A stretch of DNA of 64,000 nucleotides from Prasinococcaceae sp. CCMP 1430 (GCA_013416795.1 RQSC01000523.1:9494-73493); one strand, 5' to 3'; positions 1 through 11,250 are shown, numbered from the stretch's first letter. Numbers and translations: made by a program. The notes: generated from the sequence alone by a model not told the origin.

Positions 1-99
1 CGCGCGGCGGCCGCGCGCGCGCGCCAGCAAAGCCGCCCAGCGCCCAGCCTCCGCGCCTGCTCAGACTCGCGCGGACGACCTCGCGGTCCCTCTCACCAC

Positions 100-126
100 C
101 ACACACACACACACACACACACACAC
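100..126. repeat. (CA)n microsatellite
   Basis: Run of about 13 AC units read directly. Confidence 0.9.
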
Positions 127-232
127 GTGTGGCACCCACCGCTCCCCCCCCCCACCTCCCCCCACACAGTCCGCCAGCCCAGCCGCCGGCGGCTCCGCGC
201 GCGCGCGCATACCTCCCCGAGACATTATCTGT

Positions 233-241
233 AAACCCTAA
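233..241 (+). promoter_or_regulatory. Telo-box-like motif AAACCCTAA
   Basis: Exact plant telo-box/telomere unit in an AT-richer noncoding stretch; variant AAACCCCTAACCCT at 1441-1454. Confidence 0.4.
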
Positions 242-422
242 CACACCACATATATTGGTTCATGTGGTACGTATACACTAGCCACGGGGGAGTATCGTTT
301 TGGATGCCATTCGACTTAAAATTGATGGTGAGGCGTGGGCGTGACCCCAAATCAGCGCGTGGTGCGTTTGGAGGTTCGGGTTACGGCCGCGGCCCGCGCG
401 CGGCGACGGCGACCCAGTTTTA

Positions 423-439
423 GATTGGCATTTTCGCGC
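423..439. promoter_or_regulatory. Inverted CCAAT box next to an E2F-like site
   Basis: GATTGG at 423-428 and TTTCGCGC at 432-439. Confidence 0.35.
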
Positions 440-824
440 GATTTATTCGCCCGTAAATCGAAGCCACACACAGATTCACCATAACGATGCCCTCCCCGAG
501 GAAATTCAAGAAAAGATTGCATGAAAAAATGCGAAAATAGATCCGTTGGGGCAGAGTGTGCGATCATTTGAGCAGGCGGTAAATACAAGTTGGCGCGAGC
601 GCGGTAACAGCCGCAACGGCGGCACAGCAGCCACACGCCGCGCGGGGGGAGGGGGGGGAAGGCGACTCGGAGGAGGCCAGACAGGGGCGCGGAGCGGGCC
701 GCCGCCCGTCTCTGCTGCGCCTCCCGGAGGGTGTGTGTCGAGGGGGGTTGAAGGGGGGTCGAGGATGGCCCGCCGGCGGCGGCGCGCGGGCGCGGCGCGT
801 GCGCTGGCCGCGGCGCGCTCGCAC

Positions 825-1272
825 CGACGAAGTCGTCGTAGAACTCTTGCGGCATGTCGCTTCCCGCGCCCCCGAAGCGCGCGATGGCGTCGAGGCCCAG
901 GTCGACGGCCGTCGCCTCGATGTGCGCGAGCGAATGAAGGAGCGCCAGGCGCGCTGCGTGCGAGCCCTTCTTCGGCGAGCGCTTCACCTTGCCAGGCTCC
1001 ACGAAGACGAGGCCCTCCTTGCGCGCCGGCACGTCGGGGGGCGTCTCTCGAGCGACGCGCTCGCCGCTGTGCACCCTCCACGCGTTCGCCTGCCCGTCGC
1101 GCTTGCCCGCGCGCCACCTCTCCGCGAGCGCGTCCGCCACGTCCGCCTTGCGCCAATTGCAGGGCGTGCTGAGCGCGAGCACGCACGCCTCGGCGAGCGT
1201 CGAGCACGCCGCGACCGCGTCGCGCGCTTCCATCGCGTCGCGCTCGCCGCCGCCTCCGCCGGACGGGCACAT
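825..1272 (-). CDS. DUF455 ferritin-like domain protein, first exon only; 3' exon(s) not found in window
   Basis: ARLALLHSLAHIEATAVDLGLDAIARFG...MPQEFYDDFV matches the DUF455 HxLxHIE signature; ATG at 1272 or 1233; donor GTGCGA at 824. Confidence 0.75.
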
Positions 1273-1756
1273 GCCTGGGCGGGCGCCGCCACCCTGCCTC
1301 CCGCGCACCGTGTGGATGCCTCTCTCTTTCCCCCTGCCTCGTTCGCGCGCGCGCGCAGCCGCCGCCACCCCGCCTCGCGCCGCTCGCCTCGGTCGGTCGG
1401 TGCACGCCGCGACCCTCTGACCCTACCCAAATGCAAATTCAAACCCCTAACCCTTCCCGCGCGAGACCGACATCGCGCAGAGCCGCGACTTTGATGGGGA
1501 ATTGCCGAATTGGGGATGGACGCATTTGACGGGCGGCCCCCCGGTGGCACGGACTGCCCACTGGGTGCGCGACCGCAGAGTATTGACAGTGCGGAGGCCG
1601 TCGACGGCAAAAGCTGTCACCTCGCGGCGCAGGGCGCGCGCGCGGGGGGCCGGGCGGGCACGCGGGCACGCAGGCGGGGGAGTGGGCGGGCGAGTCGTGG
1701 CGTGGCGGGTGCCTGGGGGGGGCGTGACCACACGCACGGATCGCGCATCAGTCGCG

Positions 1757-3859
1757 TCAGACGAGCGCCCCCGCCTGGCCGTCCTTCCGCATCTCCGACG
1801 CCGCGTGCAGCACGCCCTCGGGCGTGCGGAGAATGGCCTGGTAGCCTCCGGTGTTGGGCCCCCGCTCTATGGCGTGCCCGCGCCTTGCCAGCTCCGCCTC
1901 GACGTCCGCGCACACGCCGCGCTCGAGCATGACCACGCCGCCGTCCTTCATGGTCGTCCCGGTCGGCTGGCTGCTTCCCGAGTGCATCCAGCGCGCGGCA
2001 TCGCCCGCCTCCTGCACGTTCATGTCGAAATCCAGCATGTTCATCAGCACCTGGACATGTCCCTGCGCACGCGAGCGGGGAACGGCGGGGCGCAGAGATG
2101 CGTCAGCGGCGCGCGCGTGGGCGGCGATGCGCGCATGCGCGCGCCATCGGCGGCGACCAGCGAGAACGCACCTGCGGCTGCATGTTGCCGCCCATCACGC
2201 CAAACGCGAGCATCGGCCTCTCCTGCGCGCTCGCGTTTGCCTGCACCACCTCGGTGGCGAACCCCGGAATGATGGTGTGGAAGGGCCGCTTGCGCGGCGC
2301 GTACACGTTGGGGTGCCGCGCGTCCTTCACGTCGAAGAGCGTGCCGCGGTTCTGAAGGGCGTAGCCCAGCGTGGGGGGCACCAGCAGCGAGCCGAAGGAC
2401 TGGTAGATGCTCTGGATCTGTCGAGTGCCGTCGAGGCGGCGCGCGATGGCAGGCAGGCGAGCGTGCGTCAGCCGAATACGCGCGCAAAATACGCACGCAC
2501 ACACTCTCTTTCTCTCTTTCTCTCTCTCTCTCGCGCGCGTACGCACGCTGGCCTGCCATTCAAATCAAACTGCGCACGCCACCCCGCCCGTTCGCCCGTC
2601 GCCACACGCCAGCGCAGCTCACCCACGATACCATCATGCCGGAGTCGTCCGCCACGGCGATGTACACGGTGTCCGCCCCCCGGGGCGTCTCGGCCTGGAG
2701 ACCGGGGTCGCCCGCGTCCACTTCGGTGGCTGCCCTGCCCATGTCCACAAGCTCGAAGCGCCTCTTCGCGTAGGCCTTGGAGGTGAGCGCTTCGACGGGC
2801 ACGGCGGCGAACGCGGGATCCGCGTAGTAGCGCGCGCGATCGGCGAACGCGAGCTTCTTCACCTCGACGGACAGGTGGATGTAGTCGGCCGAGTTGTGCC
2901 CCCCGAGCGAGCGCACGTCCGCGAGCTCCATCATGTTCAGCATCTGCAGCGCGGCGATGCCCTGCGTGTCCGGCCGCAGCTCGTACACGCGGTGTCTGTC
3001 CCTGTAGGTGACGCCCACGGGCTCCTCCCATGTGCCGCGATGCGCCGCCAGGTCGTCCGCGCCGAGCGCGCTGCCAACGCCCCCGAGGTACTCGAGCAGC
3101 TCGCTCGCGAGCGTGCCGTTGTACAGCGCGCCGCAGCCCTCCTCGCCCAGCACGCGCAGCGTGCGCGCCAGGGAAGGGTTTGCGAAGACGTCGCCCTCGG
3201 CGGGCGCGCCGCTGTTCGGCCCGTTCGGATCGCTCGCGCTGCAGTAGAGCTGGCGCATGCCCGCGAGCGCGTGCGGGTACCGGCCGCCGGCGGTCGCCTC
3301 GCGTCGCACGTCCGCGTCGGCGCGCGCGAGCGCGCACGCCTCGCGCCACTGCGACGCAATCACCTGCGTCACGGCGAAGCCGCGCGCCGCGGCGTCCGCG
3401 GCGGGCGCCAGCAGCCGCGCGAGCGGCAGGCGGCCGTAGCGCGCGTGCACGTCGCACCAGCCCGCGGGCGCGCCCGGCACGCTCACAGCCAGCGCCCCCT
3501 TCTCGGGGATGGCGCGCGTGCCGTTGTGCTGCTCGTCGAGCACGCGGAGCAGCTGCTCGCGGTCGAGCGCGCCGGGCGAGCGGCCCGCGCCGTTGTACGC
3601 CTGCAGCGCGCCGCGCCCGCCGTCTGCGGCGGGGTCCCACACCAAGGCCATGAGGTCCCCGCCGAGGCCGTTGGATTCGGGCTCCACCAGCGCCTGCATC
3701 GCGTTGGCGGCGACGGCCGCGTCAACCGCCGACCCGCCGGCGCGCAGCGCCTCGAGCGCGGCCGTGGTGACCAGTGGGTGCGAGGACGCGGCCGCGCCCG
3801 CCGTGCCCAGCACGGCGGAGCGCGTGGCAAACGGCAGGCCGGCGCGACGCTCGCCGCCG
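1757..3859 (-). CDS. Gamma-glutamyltransferase / glutathione hydrolase family, 5' end lost in gap
   Basis: Exons (gap)3859-2623, 2417-2172, 2062-1757; introns 2418-2622 and 2063-2171 are GT..AG and keep frame. Motifs: GGSAVDAAVAANA, GLGGD, DTVYIAVADDSGMMVSWIQS (autocleavage Thr), KRPFHTIIPG, FGVMGGNMQPQGHVQV, RKDGQA. Confidence 0.93.
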
Positions 3860-4562
3860 NNNNNNNNNNNNNNNNNNNNNNNNNNNNNNNNNNNNNNNNN
3901 NNNNNNNNNNNNNNNNNNNNNNNNNNNNNNNNNNNNNNNNNNNNNNNNNNNNNNNNNNNNNNNNNNNNNNNNNNNNNNNNNNNNNNNNNNNNNNNNNNNN
4001 NNNNNNNNNNNNNNNNNNNNNNNNNNNNNNNNNNNNNNNNNNNNNNNNNNNNNNNNNNNNNNNNNNNNNNNNNNNNNNNNNNNNNNNNNNNNNNNNNNNN
4101 NNNNNNNNNNNNNNNNNNNNNNNNNNNNNNNNNNNNNNNNNNNNNNNNNNNNNNNNNNNNNNNNNNNNNNNNNNNNNNNNNNNNNNNNNNNNNNNNNNNN
4201 NNNNNNNNNNNNNNNNNNNNNNNNNNNNNNNNNNNNNNNNNNNNNNNNNNNNNNNNNNNNNNNNNNNNNNNNNNNNNNNNNNNNNNNNNNNNNNNNNNNN
4301 NNNNNNNNNNNNNNNNNNNNNNNNNNNNNNNNNNNNNNNNNNNNNNNNNNNNNNNNNNNNNNNNNNNNNNNNNNNNNNNNNNNNNNNNNNNNNNNNNNNN
4401 NNNNNNNNNNNNNNNNNNNNNNNNNNNNNNNNNNNNNNNNNNNNNNNNNNNNNNNNNNNNNNNNNNNNNNNNNNNNNNNNNNNNNNNNNNNNNNNNNNNN
4501 NNNNNNNNNNNNNNNNNNNNNNNNNNNNNNNNNNNNNNNNNNNNNNNNNNNNNNNNNNNNNN
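3860..4562. other. Assembly gap (703 N)
   Basis: Run of N covering the divergent 5' ends of the GGT and SRPBCC genes. Confidence 1.
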
Positions 4563-4685
4563 GGCGAGAGGGGCCGCGACGGCCGCTGCTGCGGAGCCCG
4601 CGCGCGCGCGCGCGCGCGCACGCGCACACGCGCACGCACGTCGCGCGTGGGGCTGTCCTGTGCGCTGATTGCCGCGTGCGCGCAG

Positions 4686-5080
4686 CTCACTTCGAGAACT
4701 TTGAGAAGTTTGACCCGGCCGTGCGATCCGCCAAGGTCGCAGAGGACAGCCTCGCCCCTTACGGCGTCGGCACAAAGTACTCGCTTGTGACGCTGTTTCA
4801 AGGCGAGGAGAGTGACATGACCTACGAGACTACGGACTTCATGCCGCCGCAAAGGGTGGTGCTGAAAGGAGAGGGTGGCACTGCGCGGGCGACGGACAAA
4901 ATTGAGTTCGCGCCCAGCGAGAAAGGAGGTACTGAGATCACCTACACGGGCAACATAGTTTTGAAGTGGCCGTGGAAGTTACTCACGCCGTGCTTTCGGG
5001 GCTCGCTACGCAAGCTCGCCGACGACGCCACCAGCGGCATGAAGGAGGCCTTCGCGACCAACGCGCACAAGCAGCAATAG
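4686..5080 (+). CDS. SRPBCC / polyketide cyclase-dehydrase (START-fold) protein, last exon; first exon in gap
   Basis: Acceptor CAG at 4683-4685; HFENFEKFDPAVRSAKV..GVGTKYSLVTLF..MTYETTDFMPPQRVVLKGEG..ATDKIEF..GGTEITY has the typical SRPBCC pattern; stop at 5080. Confidence 0.75.
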
Positions 5081-5221
5081 GCGCGGGCGCACGCGGCACG
5101 CGGTGGAGGCGTGTGTGTGTGGGGGGGGTCCTGTACATTATGTGTTCTATACAATAATACACCACATCACATACCCCACCCCCACCCCCCCCCACACACA
5201 CACACACGCGCACACAGCCCT

Positions 5222-6463
5222 TCATAGCATCGCCACCTCCCCCTCCCCCTCCCCCTCGTCCCTGTATCGCACGCGGCCGTCGTGCTGTGCGGGGTCGCGG
5301 TACTCCCCGAACAGAGCTGTGCGCTCCTTCGGCTCCCTCAGGTACGCCTCGACCTCGTCGGTGCGGCGCACGAGCGCGTACGCGCCCGCCGCCGCCAGCG
5401 CGGCGTCGCCATGGCCGGTGCCCGTGGCGGTCGCGTCGCCCACTACCACCACGTCGAAGCCGCGATTGTGCGCCGAGATGGCGGTGCTCAGCACGCACGC
5501 GTCCGTCCACATGCCCGCGACGAAGACGGTGTCCACCCCGTGCTCCCCGAGGAAGCTCGCGAGCACCGACGGGTCCTCGTGGCGCTGGCGCCCGCCGTCT
5601 TCCCCGCCGCCGCCGGTGCGCTGCGGGCCGCGGCCGTACGCATGCTGATAGTCGCCGTTCCAGAAGAGGTCCATCGACTCGCTGGGCATCTGCAGGAGCG
5701 GGGCGTCGCCGTGGTCCACCGCCGCGAGCTCCGCGAGCGGCAGCTCGCCGTCGGCCTTCCACGCGTACGCCACGCTGCGCCGCGGCGGCATGCCCAGCAG
5801 GCGGTCGTTGGCGTTGGTCCACTCGGGCCGGCCGTGCGGGCCCGTCCACCGCCGCGCCCACGCGCTGCGCACGACGGGGATCCCGCCCCCCGGCGCCGCG
5901 GCCGCGGCGCGCGCCAGGCGCACCATGTTGTCCAGCGCGGCGCGCGGCAGCACGGCGCGGTACTCCTCCTGGGCGTCGACCAGGACCAGCGCGCACCGCC
6001 GCGGGCGGCTCGCCAGCGAGTACGCAGGGATGCCCGTCAAGTTGAGCGCGCCGTACGCGTTCGCATCGAGCGGGCCCGCCCCGCTCTCGACCAGCGGTAC
6101 GCCGTCGCAGTCGACGCCCGCGGGCTCGGGCGGGTAGCGGCACGGCTCCGCCGCGAGGTGGTTGCACGCGTAGAAGTCGTCGCACGCGACACGCGCCTCC
6201 GCCGAGGGCTGCCCCGCGACGACGGAAGTCGCCAGCGCCTGCGCGCCCCCGACGCTCGCGGCCTGAGCAGGCGCGAGGAGCGCCAGCACCAGGAGGCAGA
6301 GGCATGTGCCGGCCGCCGCGCCGGGGGCGACCGGGAGGGGGAGGCGCCCGTTGGACGTCGGGCGCGGCGTCGACGCATGCAGGCGAGAGATAGAAGTGAA
6401 AGAGGAGGAAGCGGAGGCTGCCAGCCCCTGCCTCCTCGTCAGGCTCGTCTTGGTCTGCTCCAT
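5222..6463 (-). CDS. Isochorismatase/cysteine hydrolase family protein with hydrophobic N-terminal segment
   Basis: ALVLVDAQEEY (Asp) and GVDTVFVAGMWTDACVLSTAISAHNRGFDVVVVGDATA (Cys); first ATG at 6463, since the ORF-track start at 6493 is GTG; intronless. Confidence 0.85.
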   Translation of the reverse strand: MEQTKTSLTRRQGLAASASSSFTSISRLHASTPRPTSNGRLPLPVAPGAAAGTCLCLLVLALLAPAQAASVGGAQALATSVVAGQPSAEARVACDDFYACNHLAAEPCRYPPEPAGVDCDGVPLVESGAGPLDANAYGALNLTGIPAYSLASRPRRCALVLVDAQEEYRAVLPRAALDNMVRLARAAAAAPGGGIPVVRSAWARRWTGPHGRPEWTNANDRLLGMPPRRSVAYAWKADGELPLAELAAVDHGDAPLLQMPSESMDLFWNGDYQHAYGRGPQRTGGGGEDGGRQRHEDPSVLASFLGEHGVDTVFVAGMWTDACVLSTAISAHNRGFDVVVVGDATATGTGHGDAALAAAGAYALVRRTDEVEAYLREPKERTALFGEYRDPAQHDGRVRYRDEGEGEGEVAML

Positions 6464-7571
6464 GCGCGCCCTCAGGCTGCGGCGCGCGTCCACGCGCGCG
6501 CCCGCGCGCGCCCTCGCGCGCCGCTACCGCGCTCCCCCGCCGCGCGCGTTCGCGCGCGCGCTCGCGCGTCGCCTCCGCGCTGCTGCTATCGCCTCGCGCG
6601 GCGGCTGCCGCTTCCGGCCGGCCACACACGTGTGGGTGGTTCCGCCGATCGTCCCCCGACGCTCCCTCGCTCACGATCAAAAAGCAACGACAAACAGAGG
6701 CCCTCATCAGCGCACGAAGCCATTCTTCCCATTCCTGTTTTCCTATCCTTCCCGGGCTTCAGCCTCGTGCAGGCGTTGCCGTTGTTTCCGTCCGGCGCAG
6801 CGATGCTCCATCAAGCCTGCGATGCTCGATCAATCAAGCTTGCGATGCGGGCGCCGGCCTCCTCGCTGCTGGGGCGGTTCGTTCGATCGACAGAGGTTTG
6901 TTCGCGTCGTCGCACGCACGAGCGCTTGGCCCGGATTTTGTTCTCGATCGTTTCTTTTTGATTTTCAAGAGCTTCACATTCGCAACAACGCGATTTTTCC
7001 CGCATCGATGGCGCGTCCCAGCGCCGAAAAAATCGTCCCAGCGTCGGATTCGTTTTTTGCTGAGGCGGCATTGGTGCGCCATTTTGGTGGACGGCGCGCG
7101 CCACCGGCTGGCTGGCGGCGTGCAGGGCGTGGGTGGCGGGCGCGCTCGCTCTGCGTCCCACGCTGGCGCGCGCACCGGCGCGTGCCACAGGCGGGCGTGC
7201 CCGCGCCCGCCCCTCTCCCCCCACCACCCCCCCGGCCCGGCGGGCATTCACTCTGGTGTTTGTTGGTGCGCGGCCGGGGAAGCGAGGTCGACGAGGCGCC
7301 CTCTCTCCGGCGCGCCGCCGCCGCGAGGCCATCGCTGAGGCTGTCGGCGGGGCGCGGGCGCTTGGCCACAGCCGCTGGCCACGGACCCGCGCCCCACGGA
7401 GGGCGGCGCTGCGTGGGACGACCAACCCGACTGTTCTGGCGGCTCGCTCGCGACCCGAAAATAACAAAAACAGCAGCAACAGCAACAACAGCCAGCCAGT
7501 CACATAGGGCCAGCAGAGCCCCCCCCTCCCCTTCCCCCCTCACCCCACCCAACCCCACCCCCTCCGGATAA

Positions 7572-10500
7572 ATGATGGGCAACGGAGCTCTCTCCCCAGC
7601 AACAAAATGGCGCGATGGCGCGCGCCGGGCGTGGCGCGCGTGGGGGGACGACGTCATCCACGGGGCGCGCACGGCCGTCCTGGGCATTCCGGTGGGCGCG
7701 GTGGCGTTCTCGCCCGCCGGCGACAAGGCGCGGGGCTTCGTATTCACGGGATGCATCGCCGCGCTGATCCAGATCATCTTCCTCAGCGCGAATCACCCGG
7801 TGGCGGCGGACATGCCCGAGGGGTACGCGATGCTCGCGGCGCTCTACGCGGTCGGCGCCTTCCTCGCCTACGCCGTCACGCTCTGGACGAGCGGCCCGTG
7901 GATTGGCACGGTGATGGTCCTCTTCACCTTCGCCATCACCGCGATCGGCACCAGGATCAAAAACCCCGTGTTCGCCAGTGCCGTGCTGGCCAACAGCGCC
8001 GGCATCTTCTTCGGCAACTACCAGCGGCCGAGCACGAGCTTCGACAAGGCGCTGGCCACCTTCGTCGGCGCGATGTGCGGCCTCACCCTGACCTACCTCT
8101 CCTTGCTCCTCGTCTTCCAAAAGACCGCCAGCGAGCGGGCGCTGCTGCGGTACGAGCGCCACGTTGCCAAACAGGCCGCGGTGTTCCGAGAGGCGATGCA
8201 GTGCATGGCCGACGGCGAGGCAGTCGCGGCCGCGCAGACCTCGGAGGGCGTGGACTCCGACCGGAGGCGGGCGGCGGCGGCGCGCCTGTCCACGCGCGTC
8301 ACGGACAGCCTGTACAAGGCGTCGGGCACGATGGAGGCGGTGCGCCAGGACGCCGTCAAGTCGCGGGGGGAGCAGCGCCTCCGGTGGCTCCCGGTCATTT
8401 CGGCGCGCTTCCGCGTGTACCTGCCCGTGCTGCGGCTCCCGCGGCCACTCGGCGGCGGCGCGCTGCTGGGTCTCGCCGGAGGCGACGCGCGCCTGCACGT
8501 GGCGCTCGCGGCGCTGCACGAGGCGGGCGTGCGCCAGATGCTCACCATGACGTACATCGGCGCGGTCTGCGGATTCGAGCGCGGCGCCTTCGCCCGGGCG
8601 GCCACGTGCGAGGGCAGCGCGGGGCTCGAGACGCTCGGCGAGCTCCGCGAGGCGATCGCGGGCGGCATCGCCGCCTGCAGCGAGGCGATGCACGGGGTGG
8701 TGCACCGGCGACGGACGGACCAGGCGGAGCGCGCGATCGAGCTGCTACGCGCGAGCGTCGCGCGAGGCGAGCGCGCGCTGCTCGCGCGAGCTGGCCGCGC
8801 GCGCGACGGCGGCGCCAATGGCGACGGCGCCGTCGTTCTGGACGTCGCGGACGCGGCACATGGGGAAAGCGCCGGCGAGAGGACGTACGCTCGGTCGGAG
8901 GAGCAGTCGGCGGCGCAGGCGGAGGGACTCGATGGCGGCGGCGACGACGACAGCAACGACGACGACGACAGCGACGAGTTGGTGGAGCGGCAGCTGCTGT
9001 GGTCGACCGCGTGCGTCGCGCTGGAGCACCAGCTCAAGCTGCAGTCCCTGTTTGCCGATGCGCTCGTCGACCTGCGCGAGTGGGACCTGCGCGCCGCGCC
9101 CCCTCCGACGACGGGGGAGGCCCGGCGGGGCGCGACAGATGGCGGCGAGGCGCCGCACGCGGGCGGCGGCGGCTCCGACGCATCGGACGGCACCGACGAG
9201 AAGGCGCTAGAGGAGGAGGCGTCCCAGCCGCCGCCGCCCCTGATGGAGCGCGCGGCGGCGGCGATGCGCGGCCTGGCGCACGAGTGGGCGTCGCCCTTCA
9301 GGCGTGGCTTTCGCACCGCGGCGGCGACGGTCGTGCCGGTGGCCGTGGGCTTCTCGCACGTGGACGACGCCAACGTGTTCAGCGGCTGTCAGACGGCTGT
9401 CATCACCATCGCCATCCTTCACTGGATGCAGACCGTTGGCACGCTGGTGAACAAGAGCGTGGCGCGCGTCATCGGCACCCTGTGCGCGGGCTTCTTCGCG
9501 TACGGGGTGCTGCAGAGGCGCAACGACGTGTGGTTCGTGTGGTGGCAGACCTTTTGGATCTTCTTATGCCTGACGCTCGGGGGGCACATGCCCAACTTCT
9601 ACGCCGGCATCGTGGCGGCCTTCACTTTTGCGGTCATCGGGTACGGCCCCGAAAGCACGCCGACGGCCAGCATCTTCACGACGGCGCTCACGCGCGTGGT
9701 GGGTGTCCTCAGCGGCATCGGCATCATGGCGATATTCGTGCTCCTCTTCTTCCAGGAGACGTCGAGCGCGCCGGCGTGGTCGGCCCTGCGGTCCGCCACG
9801 CAGCGCGTCGCCGCGGCGGTGCGGCAGGCGGCAAGCGGCGCGCGCGCCGAATCGCGCCACCGCGGCACCGGCGAGCACCAGGCGCAGCCGATCGACGCCA
9901 GCGAGGCGTCGGCGGCGCTCGGCGACGTCAAGGCGTGCGCGGGAGCCGCCGCGATGGGCGCCATGGAGCGCCTCCTCTGGCGCAAAGAGGCGCGCACCTT
10001 CTACGTCACGCACGTACCGCTGCACGCGTACCTGTCCCACATCCCCCTCGTCGGCCGCGTGGACCCCAGCCTGCACGGCCGCGTCCGGTACGACGGCCTG
10101 CTTCCCAGCGCAGAGATCGAGGCGGTGCTGCGGAGCTTCCTCCGCGCGCTGGATGCCGCGGCTGTGCTGGCAGCGCTGGACGCCCGCGCCGCCGATGCGG
10201 CCGCGGGCGCCGCGGAGCGCCGCGACGAGGCGTCCGCGCACGTGCACGAGGCCCTCGACGCCATCGTAGGCGAGGTGGCCCGCGTGTCGACCGTGGGCGG
10301 CTGCGCGGCCTCGGGTGGCAGGCTGGGCCAGGTCCACACGCTCCTCGTCAGGGAGGCTCAGATCAAGGCCGCCACAGCGTTGGCAGAGCCAGCGCGCTCC
10401 AAGGCGATGGCCGCCATCGCGGCCGCCAGGCAGTCCCTCGAGGCGGCCGAGCGCGAGGCCGTGCGCTCCGCCGCAGACGCGTCGGCGGCCGGGCCGTGCG

Positions 10501-10607
10501 AGAGCGCCGACGTGGCGCGCGCGCGCGTGTGGGGGTGGCGCATGCTGCTTCGCGCGCTGGAGCGCGCCGCAGACGCCATGGCCGCCCTCGCGCGCGCGAC
10601 GCCGTGA
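7572..10607 (+). CDS. FUSC/ArAE/ALMT-superfamily membrane exporter
   Basis: 1011-aa single exon with two multi-TM blocks separated by a long helical/acidic region; second block has GTLVNKSVARVIGTLCAG and ARVVGVLSGIG, like FUSC_2/ALMT. Confidence 0.75.
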   Translation: MMGNGALSPATKWRDGARRAWRAWGDDVIHGARTAVLGIPVGAVAFSPAGDKARGFVFTGCIAALIQIIFLSANHPVAADMPEGYAMLAALYAVGAFLAYAVTLWTSGPWIGTVMVLFTFAITAIGTRIKNPVFASAVLANSAGIFFGNYQRPSTSFDKALATFVGAMCGLTLTYLSLLLVFQKTASERALLRYERHVAKQAAVFREAMQCMADGEAVAAAQTSEGVDSDRRRAAAARLSTRVTDSLYKASGTMEAVRQDAVKSRGEQRLRWLPVISARFRVYLPVLRLPRPLGGGALLGLAGGDARLHVALAALHEAGVRQMLTMTYIGAVCGFERGAFARAATCEGSAGLETLGELREAIAGGIAACSEAMHGVVHRRRTDQAERAIELLRASVARGERALLARAGRARDGGANGDGAVVLDVADAAHGESAGERTYARSEEQSAAQAEGLDGGGDDDSNDDDDSDELVERQLLWSTACVALEHQLKLQSLFADALVDLREWDLRAAPPPTTGEARRGATDGGEAPHAGGGGSDASDGTDEKALEEEASQPPPPLMERAAAAMRGLAHEWASPFRRGFRTAAATVVPVAVGFSHVDDANVFSGCQTAVITIAILHWMQTVGTLVNKSVARVIGTLCAGFFAYGVLQRRNDVWFVWWQTFWIFLCLTLGGHMPNFYAGIVAAFTFAVIGYGPESTPTASIFTTALTRVVGVLSGIGIMAIFVLLFFQETSSAPAWSALRSATQRVAAAVRQAASGARAESRHRGTGEHQAQPIDASEASAALGDVKACAGAAAMGAMERLLWRKEARTFYVTHVPLHAYLSHIPLVGRVDPSLHGRVRYDGLLPSAEIEAVLRSFLRALDAAAVLAALDARAADAAAGAAERRDEASAHVHEALDAIVGEVARVSTVGGCAASGGRLGQVHTLLVREAQIKAATALAEPARSKAMAAIAAARQSLEAAEREAVRSAADASAAGPCESADVARARVWGWRMLLRALERAADAMAALARATP

Positions 10608-11250
10608 CCCGAGCAGCTGACGCTGCTGTCCCCGCCTGCGCTCATGTAGTCAACTGCCAAGGGCATCGTCATCTTTCTCTGTCGTAACGCAATTCCAATT
10701 CGGGCGCGCGGGTCGCACCCGGCCGCGGGGCCGTCGAGGTCTTGCTTGGTTGGGGCACGCGCCTGGCTCCGGTCACTGCCGGAGCACACGCGAGGCCGTC
10801 GCCCGCACCCGGGGTTTTGCGCGCGCGCGCGCGTGGCGAGCGCGAGTGCGAAAGCGAAAGCGTGGCGGCTGGGCCGGGGCGCGCGCGCCGCGGTGCGAGG
10901 ATCAAAAGCGCGCGCGGCGGCGCGCGACGCGCAACCGAAAAAAAAAGAAGATCTTACGTGCGCGCGCGGGCGAAGCGGAAGCCTCGAGCGCCGCGCCGCG
11001 GCACCGGCCCGCAACCCAAACGCTCGTCCGCGCAGCCCTCGTCGGAGCGCATGCGACGGAAGGCCCCCGAGGACCCTCCGCAATCGAGCCCCAAACACGG
11101 AAGTCCCTGCGGCGCCGGCACACATTGCGGGACGCCCGCATTGGCGAATTCGCAAATTGGCAAATTCGCGCGCGCACGCGCTCGCGCACTGGTAGCGTGC
11201 CGCGCACGCGCGCGCTGGCGGGCTTCCCATGCGGCGGCAGAGGAATGCGC

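Noticed and set aside
765-824. + strand ATG reading MARRRRRAGAARALAAA, whose end resembles the broken 5' junction of the GPI-like gene (CCGCGGCG(G)CGCTCGC)
   Set aside because: The match is short and nearly all G/C in a CG-repeat-rich genome, and the stretch is equally explained as the intron after a good GTGCGA donor.
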